Assembly (NCBI RefSeq): GCF_006345805.1
Contig: NC_043000.1
Location: 12,834,001-12,898,000 of the forward strand
Length of the DNA: 64,000 nt
Reading direction: 5' to 3'
Origin: Octopus sinensis
Taxonomy: Eukaryota
Within the stretch, counting starts at the first letter, position 1; every line of letters begins with the position of its first letter. The notes below the pieces were generated by a model. The model did no database searches and was not told the origin of the DNA. It worked only from the letters and a program-made list of their open reading frames with translations. Below, piece by piece: positions 51,645-64,000 of the stretch. The position numbers were made by a program, and so were the translations under genes.

Positions 51645-52195
51645 CAGACAGTGGCTTTCATGGCTTCTGATCTTAAGTGATTAGAAGCGTTATCATGTAC
51701 ATAGTTTAGACTTGGTATAAAAGATGGGCTACAGTAAATATACTGCTTAATACCACAGATTTGCTTGGCAGTTGCTTGACCATAACCAGTTGAGCATGGC
51801 CCTTAGTGGCTGACGATATGTGCATCTCTAATCACGAGCAGAAATAGTGGGGAGCATCATAGCCACGTGTTGAGAGGGGAATTCTTTGGAGTTTGGATAA
51901 TTCACCTTTGAAAACATGGGTATTTTGTTCATCATCCTTAAACAACCCTTACTGAGGAACCTTTTGAGCGGGATGGGCTACTCGACCTGAAGGAAATTCT
52001 AACTGGGTCCCAATTGCAAGGTCATGCGCTATTTATCTGTATATGAGATCACCATGTCGTGTACATATGGTTGTGATGCATGTTCCTGGTGTATCCTTGT
52101 CAGACAGGTAGTCATGATGGGTATACTGGGCTTCGTAATTTGTACCGCAGTGTCACTTTGATGGCATGCACTGCTCTCTCAGTCAATAATAATAA
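51645..52195 (+). mobile_element. Interspersed repeat ending in (AAT)n
   Basis: 3' half is reverse-complementary to 18465-18715. Confidence 0.7.
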
Positions 52196-52652
52196 TGATA
52201 ATAAATAATAATAATAATAATAATAATAACAACAACAACAACAATCCTTTCTACTGGAGGCACAAGGCCTCAAATTTGTGGGAAGAGGTCTAGTCGATTA
52301 CATCGACCCCAGTGTTTTACTGATACTTAATATATCGACCCGAAAGGATGAAAAGCAAAGTCGACCTCGGTTGAATTTGAACTCAGAACGTAAAGACTGA
52401 CGTATTGCTGTGAAGCATTTTGTCCGGCGTGCTAACGATTCTGCTAGCTCTCCGCCTTGATAAGGGAGGATCTAGGCCATTACATTTGACCCCAGTGCTC
52501 AACTGCTACTTATTTTATCAACCTTGAAAGTATGAAAAGCAAAATCGATCTCGGCGACATTTGAACTTCAGAAGAAATAATAATAATAATAATATAATAA
52601 TAATATAATAATAATAATAATTATTATTATTATTATTATTATATTATTATTA

Positions 52653-52686
<34 letters not shown>

Positions 52687-54019
52687 GTACTTAGAAGCTG
52701 GACCCGTGACAAATCCACGGAAAATATAAAAAATGTAAGCATCTGTAAATTACGTGTTGGCGCAATGAGAAATGTATCTATATTGTGACTGTTAAAGGCG
52801 GCGAGATGGCAGAAACGTTAGCACGCCGGGCGAAATGCGTAGCTGTATTTCGTCTGCCGTTACATTCTGGGTTCAAATTCCGCCGAGGTCGACTTACCTT
52901 TCATCCTTTCAGGATCGATTAAATAAGTACCAGTTACGCACTGGGGTCGATATAATCGACTTAATCCGTTTGTCTGTCCTTGTTTGTCCTCTCTGTGTTT
53001 AGCCCCCCTTGTGGGTAGTAAAGAAATAAGTATTCCGTCAGTCTTTACGTTATGAGTTCAAATTCTGCCGAGGTTGACTTTACCTTTCATCCTTTCGGGT
53101 CGATAAATTAAGTACCAGTTGCATACTGGGGTCGATCTAATCAACTGGCCCTCTCCCTCAAAATTTTAGGACTTGTGCCTACAGTAGAAAAGTATTCTGC
53201 GACTGTTACAGAATATAGAAAGAAGGGTATAACCGATAACTATATAATCTACCAAAATATCTCAGTTACGCAAAGATGAACAGCAAAATTAAACTTTTCT
53301 CGGCGGGATTTGAATTCAGAACCTAAAAGACCGGAACATATGCCCCAAAGTAATTCTTTCGACGCTCAAACCATTCTACCAAGCCATCACAACAATAAAT
53401 CCTTACGTAAATAATAAATAATAATTTTGCAATAAACTAGAATCATTACAGACCGCTCAGTGGGTTTATGCGATGGTGGTGTGTGTATTAGGGTAAGGTT
53501 TAATGTCCTATAAATTATAAAATTTGAAACTAAATCCCGAGTGAGGTTTTTATTTCCACTGTATATGACAATTAAGGTTTGAAATGTTACTGGTTTATTG
53601 CCCGTGACGTCTCGCTTAGAGCCGCCATATTTCTGTAGTTGCGTCACTTCATTTTATTGTTTTTACGATGCTGCTGCTGAGTGGGGTGGTGGGATTATTT
53701 GTAGCGGGGGTGGGGGTGGAAGCAGAGAGTCTCAAGAAGTGGAAGAGGACAAGGTGCGCAACCGCTGCAGCAGTAGTAGTAACAGAAACCACAAAAGTGA
53801 CAACAATAGCAGTAAAACAATGACAAAAGACACCGATAGTAACACGACACGCCCTGGATAGTGTATAAGAGTGCAAAATATTTAGACTGTCACATTGCAC
53901 TCCATGCAATAAAATATTGTATGTCTGTCGGTCTGTCTGTTCGTCTGTCTCTGTCTTTGCCTCTCTCTACGTACATACATGTGTGTGTGTATGTTGTTAT
54001 TAACATAATCTAGGTAGTA

Positions 54020-54398
54020 GAGGCGCAATGGCCCAGTGGTTAGGGCAGCGGACTCGCGGTCGTAGTTTCGCGGTTTCGATTCCCAGACCGGGCGTTGGGA
54101 GTGTTTATTGAGCGAAAACACCTGAAAGCTCCACGAGGCTCTGGCAGGGGATGGTGGTGATCCCTGCTGTACTCTTTCACCACAACTTTCTCTCACTCTT
54201 TCTTCCTGTTTCTGTTGTACCTGTATTTCAAGGGGCCGGCCTTGTCACTCTCTCTGTCACGCTGAATATCCCCGAGAACTACGTTAAGGGTACACGTGTC
54301 TGTGGAGTGCTCAGCCACTTACACGTTAATTTCACGAGCAGGCTGCTCCGTTGATTCGGATCAACCGGAACCCTCGTCGTAAACGACGGAGTGCTTCC
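54020..54398 (+). mobile_element. SINE family B
   Basis: Matches 25740-26123. Confidence 0.88.
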
Positions 54399-54563
54399 AT
54401 TCCATTTCCAATATAATCTAGGTAATTATAGTTTCGAGCTGGCAGAATCGCTAGCATGTCGGGCAAAATGCTCAATGTCATTTCGTCCGTTTTTACATTT
54501 TGAGTTTAAATTCTGCCGAGGTCGACTTTCTCTTTCGGACTTTCGGAATCGATAAAATAAGTA

Positions 54564-55121
54564 TTGGGTTGTCCGGAAAGTTCGTGCCGATTTATAGTAG
54601 CTTACCTTTTGACTTATTTTAGAAGATGGTTGAGTCCATAAGATAGGATTTGACTACACCTCCATTTAGAGCACAGTTTAAGCTATCTTTTCATAGAAGA
54701 AGATTTATGTTCCTATAACCTGTGTTAATTCTGTAACCCTTTAGAATGGAAGATAAAAAAGTTCATTTTCGGCACTTTGGGAACCAGACAAAAATTGTTG
54801 CAGCTCGGCTGGGATGTGTTACCCCACCCTCCATATTCACCAGATATTGCTCTTTCGGATTTCCACTTATTCAGGTCTCTGCAGAATAGTCTTAATGGTA
54901 AAAATTTCAATTCCTTGGATGACGTAAAAAGATACCTTGGTGAATTCTTTGCCATGAAACCACCTCAATTCCGGAAGAGGGTATTTTCAAGTTAAAGAAA
55001 AGATGGAGACGCGTTGTGCAACAAAATGGTTCATATTTGGTTGATTAAAAATGTAATAGCAAGTATTTATTGACCTTTGTCTTTCCTTTATAAATCGGCA
55101 CGAACTCTCCGGACAACCCAA
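54564..55121 (+). mobile_element. Internally deleted mariner element inserted in a SINE A
   Basis: TA|TTGGGTTGTCCGGAAAGTTCGTGCCGATTTA ... TAAATCGGCACGAACTCTCCGGACAACCCAA|TA; WDVLPHPPYSPDIALSDFHLFRSLQN. Confidence 0.92.
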
Positions 55122-55547
55122 TACTAGCAGAGCACTAGGGTCGATGTAATCGGCTTATTCCTCCCCCCAAATTGTTGCATTTGTGCCAAATTTGAATATA
55201 ATCTGGGTAATAACCTTATAGTGTGCTTTCCAAAGCTCCTCTGCGGATACCGGCCACCAAATGTTGTCATACAGTAGGACACTTTTTCGGTTACTAAATA
55301 TACATGTGGAAATCCAAAAATATCTGTACAGTATAAACAAACACATCTTAATACGAGGAGATGGACTGAACAGGCTTTATTACATATCTCTACAATTGTT
55401 TCAACGCATCATTATCAGCTGTTTATTGCTGAATGTGACATATATTATACTGTATAAATTTTATCCGACAAAAGCCGTATATAAGCACATTTTTTGGTTG
55501 CCAGAGTCAAGGCACTGCTTTATTTATATATACATGTTTTATATCTA

Positions 55548-55609
<62 letters not shown>

Positions 55610-55851
55610 ATGTGCATATACTCTTGTACTCTCTTTTAGTCTTTTACTTATTTCTGTCATTTGACTGTGGCCATGCTGGAGCACTGCCTTTAGTCGAGCA
55701 AATCGCCCCCAGGACTTATTCTTTGTAAGCCTAGCACTTACTCTATCGGTCTCTTTTGCCGAACCACTAAGTTACGGGGACGTAAACACACCAGCATCGG
55801 GGGTGGGGTGGGACAAACACAGACACACAAACATATACACACATACATACA

Positions 55852-55910
<59 letters not shown>

Positions 55911-56143
55911 CATATATACGACAGGCTTCTTTCAGTTTCCGTCTACCAAATCCTCTCACAAGGCTTTGGACGGCTCGAGGCTATAGTAGAAGACGCAGTG
56001 AGACTGAACCCGGGACCACGTGGTTGGTAAGCAAGCTACTTACCACACACCCACTCCTACGCCTGCTTATATTATATATATATATATATTATATTCATAT
56101 ATACATTATATGTATGTATATTCTATGTATGCGTAGATATACA

Positions 56144-56177
<34 letters not shown>

Positions 56178-57348
56178 CATACGTGCATACACACATACAC
56201 GCACGCATGCATGCACATATATGCGCGCGTACACACACACACACGCACATGCACACAAGATTATGAAAGTCCGACATGAAGCGGCACCGCCTCGAAAAGA
56301 CTTTGTCAATCATATAAACCCCGCAGTTCTTATTTTAAATCTGGTTCTTGTTCATTCCACCAGAATCTTTTTGCTGAAGCGTTTAAGTTACAGTGGGGAT
56401 GTAAACAAACCAACACCAGAACTCAATGTGTAAGAGACAAACACAAAGAATCTTTCTTAGGATTCTTGTAGAAAACATGATTGCATATTTCTGCCAATCG
56501 ACAATGGAAGTCTTACTTCCGATATCTTTCAGAGTCGTTGATGTCAATATGGACGTTGTGCCAAGAGCATCAATTACCACAAAAATAATTGTCATTTTCT
56601 GTTGTGTCTGGAGAGAATCATTTTCTTTTTGTGCCTTATAATTTAACACACTCACCGGTAAAATTTCCACTTATTTCTTATTTTTATTTTCCTAAAATTT
56701 TCGTTACGTCTTGCAACCTTTTCAATAGTCTTGACTATTGAAAAGGTTGCAAGACGTATCTGAAGCATGTTTAACTTCATGGCACCACCATAATCGTTCG
56801 TGCTTCAGTTTTCATTTTTTCCCCCGTAACTCTAACCCTAAAACCCCAACCCTAACCCTAAAACCTTAACCATAACCCTAACCCTTCCAAAATACAGAAT
56901 TTTCTCAACAATGCCAAGAGTAAAAGATGTTTTATATGACACATTCTACAAGAATACGAAGTTTGAAAGTGTTTAGTTACAAAAATTTATTTTTTAAATC
57001 TGTCGGTCAAACGGTAAAGATCCGAAGCCTGTATTTAGAGACGTCGGGGCGGCAACTCAACAGTTGTCCCGACTCGCGCACACCCTAGCTACGCCACTGA
57101 TGCAATCCTGAAGCAGAATCGGCGCGACAGTCTGGGACAAAACTGGACCTTTATATAATAATCCAACTGGCTTCTACACAGTTTCCATTTACCAAATTTC
57201 AATCACAAGGCTTGGAACAATCTGAGGCTGTGGTAAAAGACGCTTAAGATGCCACGTAGTGAAATCGAAACCCAGGATCTCGTAATTCGAAGCAAAAATC
57301 GTTAACCACTTAGCCATGCTTAGTTTCTGCTTCCATATATTTATTGAA

Positions 57349-57855
57349 GGCGATGTTTCGCTTGTCGTAGCACAAGTTTCCGTCGATTTCCGTAAAAAAC
57401 TATTATTTTTTTACATAAGTAATGAGAGCGAAAGAGACTAAGAGGAGCGATTTTATGACGAGTAAATTTCTCTTTGAAGTCCCGTGTGTGTGTTTGATGG
57501 GGTGTGGGAGACAGACAGTATGTTTGTAAGTGAAGTGCTTCTGTTAGTGTGTGCGAAGAGACAGAGAGAGTCAGTGTGAAAGAGGAGAGATAACTGAAAT
57601 TTTTACTCAGTGTATGTGTATATGTATGTCTGCATGTATGTGTGTGTGTGTATGTATCTATGTATGTGTGTGTGTATGTATGTGTGTGTGTATGTGTGTA
57701 TGTATGTATGTATGTATGTATGTATGTATGTATGTATGTATGATGTATGTATGGCCGATTCAGTGTTTACATTTTTTACGGAAATCGACGGAGGAAATCG
57801 ACAATCGACGGAGGAAATCGACGGAAACGTGTGCTACGACAAGCGAAACATCGCC
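57349..57855. mobile_element. Merlin-like MITE
   Basis: TIR GGCGATGTTTCGCTTGTCGTAGCACA.GTTTCCGTCGATTTCC; perfect 8-bp TSD TTATTGAA. Confidence 0.82.
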
Positions 57856-58369
57856 TTATTGAAATATAAGGCGGCGAGCTGGCAGAATCGTTAGCACGCC
57901 GGGCGAAATGCGTAGCCGTATTTCGTCTGCCGCTACGTTCTGAGTTCAAATTCCGCCGAGGTCGACTTTGCCTTTTCATCCTTTCGAGGTCGATTAAATA
58001 AGTACCAGTTACGCACTGGGGTCGATATAATCGACTTAATCCGTTTGTCTGTCCTTGTTTGTCCTCTCTGTGTTTAGCCCCTTGTGGGTAGTAAAGAAAT
58101 ACGTATTTCGTGTGCCGTTGCGTTCTGAGTTCAAATTCCGCCGAGGTCGGCTTTGCCTTTCATCCTTTCGGAGTCAATAAATTAAGTACCAGTTTCGCAC
58201 TGGGGTCGATGTAATCGATTTAATCCCTTTGTCTGTCCTTGTTTGTCCCCTCTATGTTTAGCCCCTTGTGGGTGGTAAAGAAATATATATTCATTGAAAT
58301 ACAGAAAACAAACGAAAAATACACAAGAGCAACAACAAAAACAACAGCAGCAACAATGCCTCTAACGGC

Positions 58370-58470
58370 TTTACATAACTTCCGGTTTTGTAGCCAAACA
58401 ATGTAGCAGTTCGACTGACTTAATACTTACAAGATAGATTTAGGTGGCCGGGTGGCCGGTGGTGAGTACG
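58370..58470 (+). promoter_or_regulatory. Possible promoter and non-coding first exon of a plus-strand gene
   Basis: ETS-like ACTTCCGGT at 58378; consensus donor TG|GTGAGT at 58461/58462; locally GC/CpG-rich unique sequence. Confidence 0.35.
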
Positions 58471-60632
58471 TGGCCTGCCCATTAAGCGGGTCGGGGGATG
58501 TCTTGTATTTAGTAGATTACAATGTGATGAGAGGAGTTGTACGAGGGTTAAGGCGTTAGTAGTGGTGGGGGGGGGTGTAATGAAGACAGATTAGAGTGTG
58601 AAGCGGCAGAGAGGGAAGAGGGTTAACACATGTGAATTGGGAGTAAGCAGAAGATTTGAGAAGGTGGAGAAGAGTTAAGGCGTTAAAGTGGGAGGTGTGT
58701 TAGTTACTATGTGTGAGTCAGCAAGAATTAAGGTCAGCGCTGTCATCACATATAAGGAAGAAAAAGAAAACAACCAAAAAACAAAAACAAAAGCAAAGCG
58801 CTTTGTCGTTGCTGCCATAACAGTAGACTCTTTCCTTGGAAATAAATTACTTCGAAATTATAGATGTTTCTGCCTTTGTTTCTTAGTTTACTTTTGTTGG
58901 ACAACGGTATAATTAGCAAGTAGCTACGCTCACTTATACACGTTCGTCTTGTCCGCCTATCAATAGTGAAAACATTGTTTTTGGCTCGTGTGGTCTTCAC
59001 TGTCAGCTGTAATAGTTATGTTACCTTAATAAATGGAATCTCCCTGTATTTATTTTCTTTTAAGCAGATTCTTTCGAAGTTGATCAATAAAATTCATCTT
59101 ATTCAGAATTCATGGTTATACTCTCTTTTCTCTATTTTACTTGTTTCAGTCATTTGACTGCGGCCATGCTGGAGCACCGCCTTTAATCGAGCAACTCGAC
59201 CCCGGGACTTTATTCTTTTGTAAGCCTAGTACTTATTCTATCGGTCTCTTTTGCCGAACCGCTAAGTAACGGGGACATAAACACACCAGCATCGGTTGTC
59301 AAGCAATGCTAGGGGGACAAACACAGACACACAAACACACACACACGCATATATATATATACATATATACGACAGGCTTCTTTCAGTTTCCGTCTACCAA
59401 ATCCACTCACAAGGCTTTGGTCGGCCCGAGGCTATAGTAGAAGACACTTGCCCAAGGTGCCACGCAGTGGGACTGAACCCGGAACCATGTGGTTGGTAAG
59501 CAAGCTACTTACCACACGGCCACTCCTGCGCCTTATTTTTGTCTTTTTACTTATTTCAGTTATTGGACTGCGGCTATGCTGGGGCACCGCCTAGAAGAGT
59601 TTAGTAGAATAAATTGATCTCACTTTTTGATTGTATAAGCTTTTTGTACTAATTTTATCGTTCAGTTTTTGCCGAAGCGCTAAGTTACGAGGATGTCAAT
59701 AAACTAGCACTAATTGCCAAGTGGTGGTGGAGAACACAAACGTGCGCGCACGCACGCATATACACGCATACACACATCCATCCATACATACACGTCTATC
59801 TATCTATTTATCTATCTATCTCTCTTTCTCTCTCTCTCTTTCTCTCTCTCTCTTTCTCTCTATCTGTCTGTCTATGTATCTGTCTGTCTATCTACATAGA
59901 TAGATATATAGATAGACAGACAGACAGATCGATCGATAGATAGATAGATTTCTTTATTGGCCACGCAGGGCTAAACACAGAAGAGACAAAATACAAAGTA
60001 GAGCTTTTCTTTTTGGGAAGAAGAGAAGGGGAAAAAACGGGGAGGCGAATTCCGATCAAAAGGGATCGTGAAAAAAAAAGAGGTGGGGGATTCCGATCAA
60101 AAGGGATCGTAAAAAAAAAGAAAAAAAAAGGTAGGGGCCGATCAATAGGGATCGTGTATCACAGAAATGTCAATGTAAAAAGGGAAAACAGATTAGGTTT
60201 GTCCGTGGATTGAGAAGCCTACGAGAAAGACCACGGGAACCTTAGGCAATAGTGTCATGCAAAAAGAGAACAAATTACAGTAAGTGGCTCTCTTTTTTCC
60301 TTTGGTTTTTTTTCTCTTGGTTCATAGGATTATGCTCAAGCTTGCTCCGTCATAGATATATATAATATATTAATAAATAAAATAAAACATATGCATATAT
60401 ATATATAAACATATATGTACGTACCTACCTCTACATGTACATATACACGCATATATGAGTACAGGACACCAAAAGGACGTCGAACATAATGAGAAACGAA
60501 AACATAGACAAAAACCAAAGGAACTGGACATTTATTTAAAAACAGCAAAAAATAGAGTACAGGACAATTAACACAAAGAAAAACCCCTTCTTCAGTCGCT
60601 AAAGATTTCATCTACATTACGTTTCGAAGGAT

Positions 60633-60723
<91 letters not shown>

Positions 60724-60965
60724 CGTTAATTAATAAACATGTACACCAATACCACACACATACACATACATACATACATATAGGAGCAGGCGAGACTGAA
60801 TGGTAAGAATTTTGCTTATCAACTACATGGTTCCGGATTCAGTCCCTCTGCCTGGCAGAGTAAGTGTCTTCTAATATAGAAGTGTCTTCTAATATAGTCT
60901 GGGACCGAACAAAGCTTTGTGACTAGAGGTTGTAGACGGAAACGGGAACGAAGTCCATCATATAC

Positions 60966-61002
<37 letters not shown>

Positions 61003-61614
61003 TCCTATCACGGCTTGACAACCGGTGTTGGTGTGTTTACGTCCTCGTAACTTAAGCAGCTCGGCAAAAGATGCAACTGAATAAATACAAAGCTTTAAAA
61101 AAAGTGCTGAGGTCGATTCGTGCGACTAAAATTCTTCAGGCGGTGCCCCAGCGTGGCCGCAGTCTAATGAATGAAACAAGTAAAAGATGAAGGTTATAGA
61201 CAACGGGTAATGTTGCCATGTGCCTTATTACCGAACGACGGAAATTTAATGATTCGAGGTCCACTCCACCCCGTGATTTTATGCCAAGACACCCTTGTCT
61301 AAATTTACGAGCTTTTACGAGTTTTATTTTCTCTCTACGAGTTTTCGCTTTGCGAGCGTTCGACGGGAACGAATTCAGTCGTATATCGAGGCATTACTGT
61401 ATGTATCATATTTTTTTTTTTTTTTTTAGTTTTGTAGTGATTTTATGATTCCAATATTTATGGCGGACAGATGTAAAGTTGAGTAAAATGACTTGATTTC
61501 TATTTTGCCATATATTATTTTTGAAAACCGACGTATAATCCAGAACGACTTAAATCGAATGGACTTAAGCCGAGGTATGCCTGTATATATGTATATATGC
61601 ATATATGTATATAT

Positions 61615-61673
<59 letters not shown>

Positions 61674-62316
61674 CTCTTTTTACTCTTTTTACTCTTTTAC
61701 TTGTTTCAGTCATTTGACTGCGGCTATGCTGGAGCACCGCCTTTAATCGAGCAACTCGACCCCGGGACTTATTCTTTTGTAAGCCCAGTACTTATTCTAT
61801 CGGTCTCTTTTGCCGAACCGCTAAGTGGCGGCGACGTAGACACACCAGCATCGGTTGTCAAGCAATGCTAGGGGGACAAACACAGACACACAAACTTACA
61901 CACACGCATATATATATATTATATATATACATATATACGACGGGCTTCTTTCAGTTTCCGGCTACCAAATCTACTTACAAGGCTTTGGTCGGCCCGAGGC
62001 TATAGTAGAAGACACTTGCCCAAGGTGCCACGCAGTGGGACTGAACCCGGAACCATGTGGTTGGTAAACAAGCTACTTACCACACAGCCACTCCTGCGCC
62101 TATATATATATATATATATATAATATATATATATAGGCGCATATATATATATATGAAATTTAATTTCGTTTTTTTTTAAAGATTTAGCCTTGCGGTAGCA
62201 ATCATGCTGGACCACTACCAAGACTTTGTAACCTTTCCACACTCCACTTATGTAGTTCCCTTCTTCTGGGTGGCGGAATTTCATATCACCATTCTTGCAT
62301 AAATTATGAATACACA

Positions 62317-62357
<41 letters not shown>

Positions 62358-62565
62358 AACAATGCAAGTTATAAAAGAATTACTATTACTAGTCGATGGT
62401 TAGTGCTGTTAACCTGGTATTTCAATATTCCAAGGCTAAGACCCCTTCTTAGAAAAGGTGTTTACTTCTTCAGTACAGCTGAACGTTTTGTATATGTGTT
62501 CCACTTGCTATTTATATAAAAAAAGAAAAATCCTTATCTTCCCCAAGTATTCTCCGCATACTTAT

Positions 62566-62566
62566 A

Positions 62567-62652
<86 letters not shown>

Positions 62653-62715
62653 ATCATCATCATCATCATTATCATCATCACCATCACCACCACCATCATC
62701 ATCATCATCATCATC

Positions 62716-62749
<34 letters not shown>

Positions 62750-62811
62750 TCATCACCATCACCACCACCACCATCATCATCATCACCACCACCACCACCA
62801 CCATCATCATC

Positions 62812-62842
<31 letters not shown>

Positions 62843-62862
62843 CCACCACCACCACCACCACC

Positions 62863-62896
<34 letters not shown>

Positions 62897-62906
62897 TCAT
62901 CATCAC

Positions 62907-62968
<62 letters not shown>
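62566..62968. repeat. Compound (ATT)n-(CAT)n-(CAC)n microsatellite
   Basis: Direct reading. Confidence 0.92.
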
Positions 62969-62969
<1 letters not shown>

Positions 62970-63438
62970 GATTCAAGATGGCGAGCTGGCAGAATTGTTA
63001 GCATACCAGGCGAAACGCTAAGCGGTATTTCGTCTGTCTTCACATTCTTAGTTCAAATTCCACCGGGGTCGACTTTGCCTTTCATCCTTTCGGGGTCGAT
63101 AGATTAAGTACCAGTTGCGTACTGGGGTCGATGAAGTCGACTGTCGTCCTCCCATAAATTTCAGCCCGTATGCTTATTGTAAAAACGATATTTGTGTGCG
63201 TGTGTGTTTATAGTTTATGATGAATTTGCAAGCAGTGATGTGTTGGAGAATTGTGAAGTTCGATAGAGTGCGGAATTTATTGCAGTTCACTTAAAATTAG
63301 GTTAGATTCCGCTGTATGGCATTCCCTCACCGCCCCCACCCTAGACATACAGATTTTCAGAGGTGTTTACACACACAAAAACACATGAACACACACACAC
63401 ACACTTGTAATATAGACTCGCATGCATAGACAACCCTC

Positions 63439-63487
<49 letters not shown>

Positions 63488-63700
63488 ATATACACATACA
63501 CACACACTCACACACGCATGTATACATGTAATGTATATGCACTTTCATACGACCGCCCAATGTGGCACACCCTCTAGAGGCGGATAAAGATTTTTAAAAT
63601 CAACAATGTATATTGTAAAGTATTTACAATATTTCGAACCCGAAAAGGTTGAAAGATAATGTCGACCTCTGTGGTATGGCCTCTCGAGATCTACGGATGC

Positions 63701-63733
<33 letters not shown>

Positions 63734-64000
63734 TATTTAATTCTTTATTGCCCACAAAGGGATATACATAGAGGGGACAGACAAGGACAGACAAAGAGAT
63801 TAAGTCGATTACATCGACCCCAGTGCGCAACTGGTACTTATTTAACCGATCCCGAAAGGAAGAAAGGCAAAGTCGACCTCGGTGGAATTTGAACTCAGAA
63901 CGTAGCAGCAGACGAAATACCTATTTCTTTATTACCCACAAGGGGCTAAACATAGAAGGGACAAACAAGGACAGACATAGGTATTAAGTCGATTACATCG

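Overview
AT-rich, repeat-dense animal genomic DNA. The SINE families and microsatellite load suggest a coleoid cephalopod, probably Octopus (inference, no database check). Two spliced protein-coding genes can be reconstructed by hand on the minus strand. (1) The first 8 coding exons of the U5 snRNP splicing factor PRPF6 (10178 down to 757, continuing off the left edge). (2) A gene of at least 6 exons (34681 down to 17853) encoding a zinc metallopeptidase with HELGH and YxxxNxxEYWAE motifs like anthrax lethal factor / PPEP-1 (MEROPS M34-like); its start exon was not found. The rest is mostly transposon debris: several tRNA-headed SINE families, RTE, CR1 and RLE-type LINE fragments, mariner, piggyBac, hAT and Merlin-like MITEs, Helitrons, and Penelope-like elements. 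Several minimal hammerhead ribozymes are present, including one inside a tRNA-headed, TSD-flanked element. Most ORFs in the supplied track are microsatellite artefacts. Repeat boundaries are approximate; exon boundaries were read base by base.
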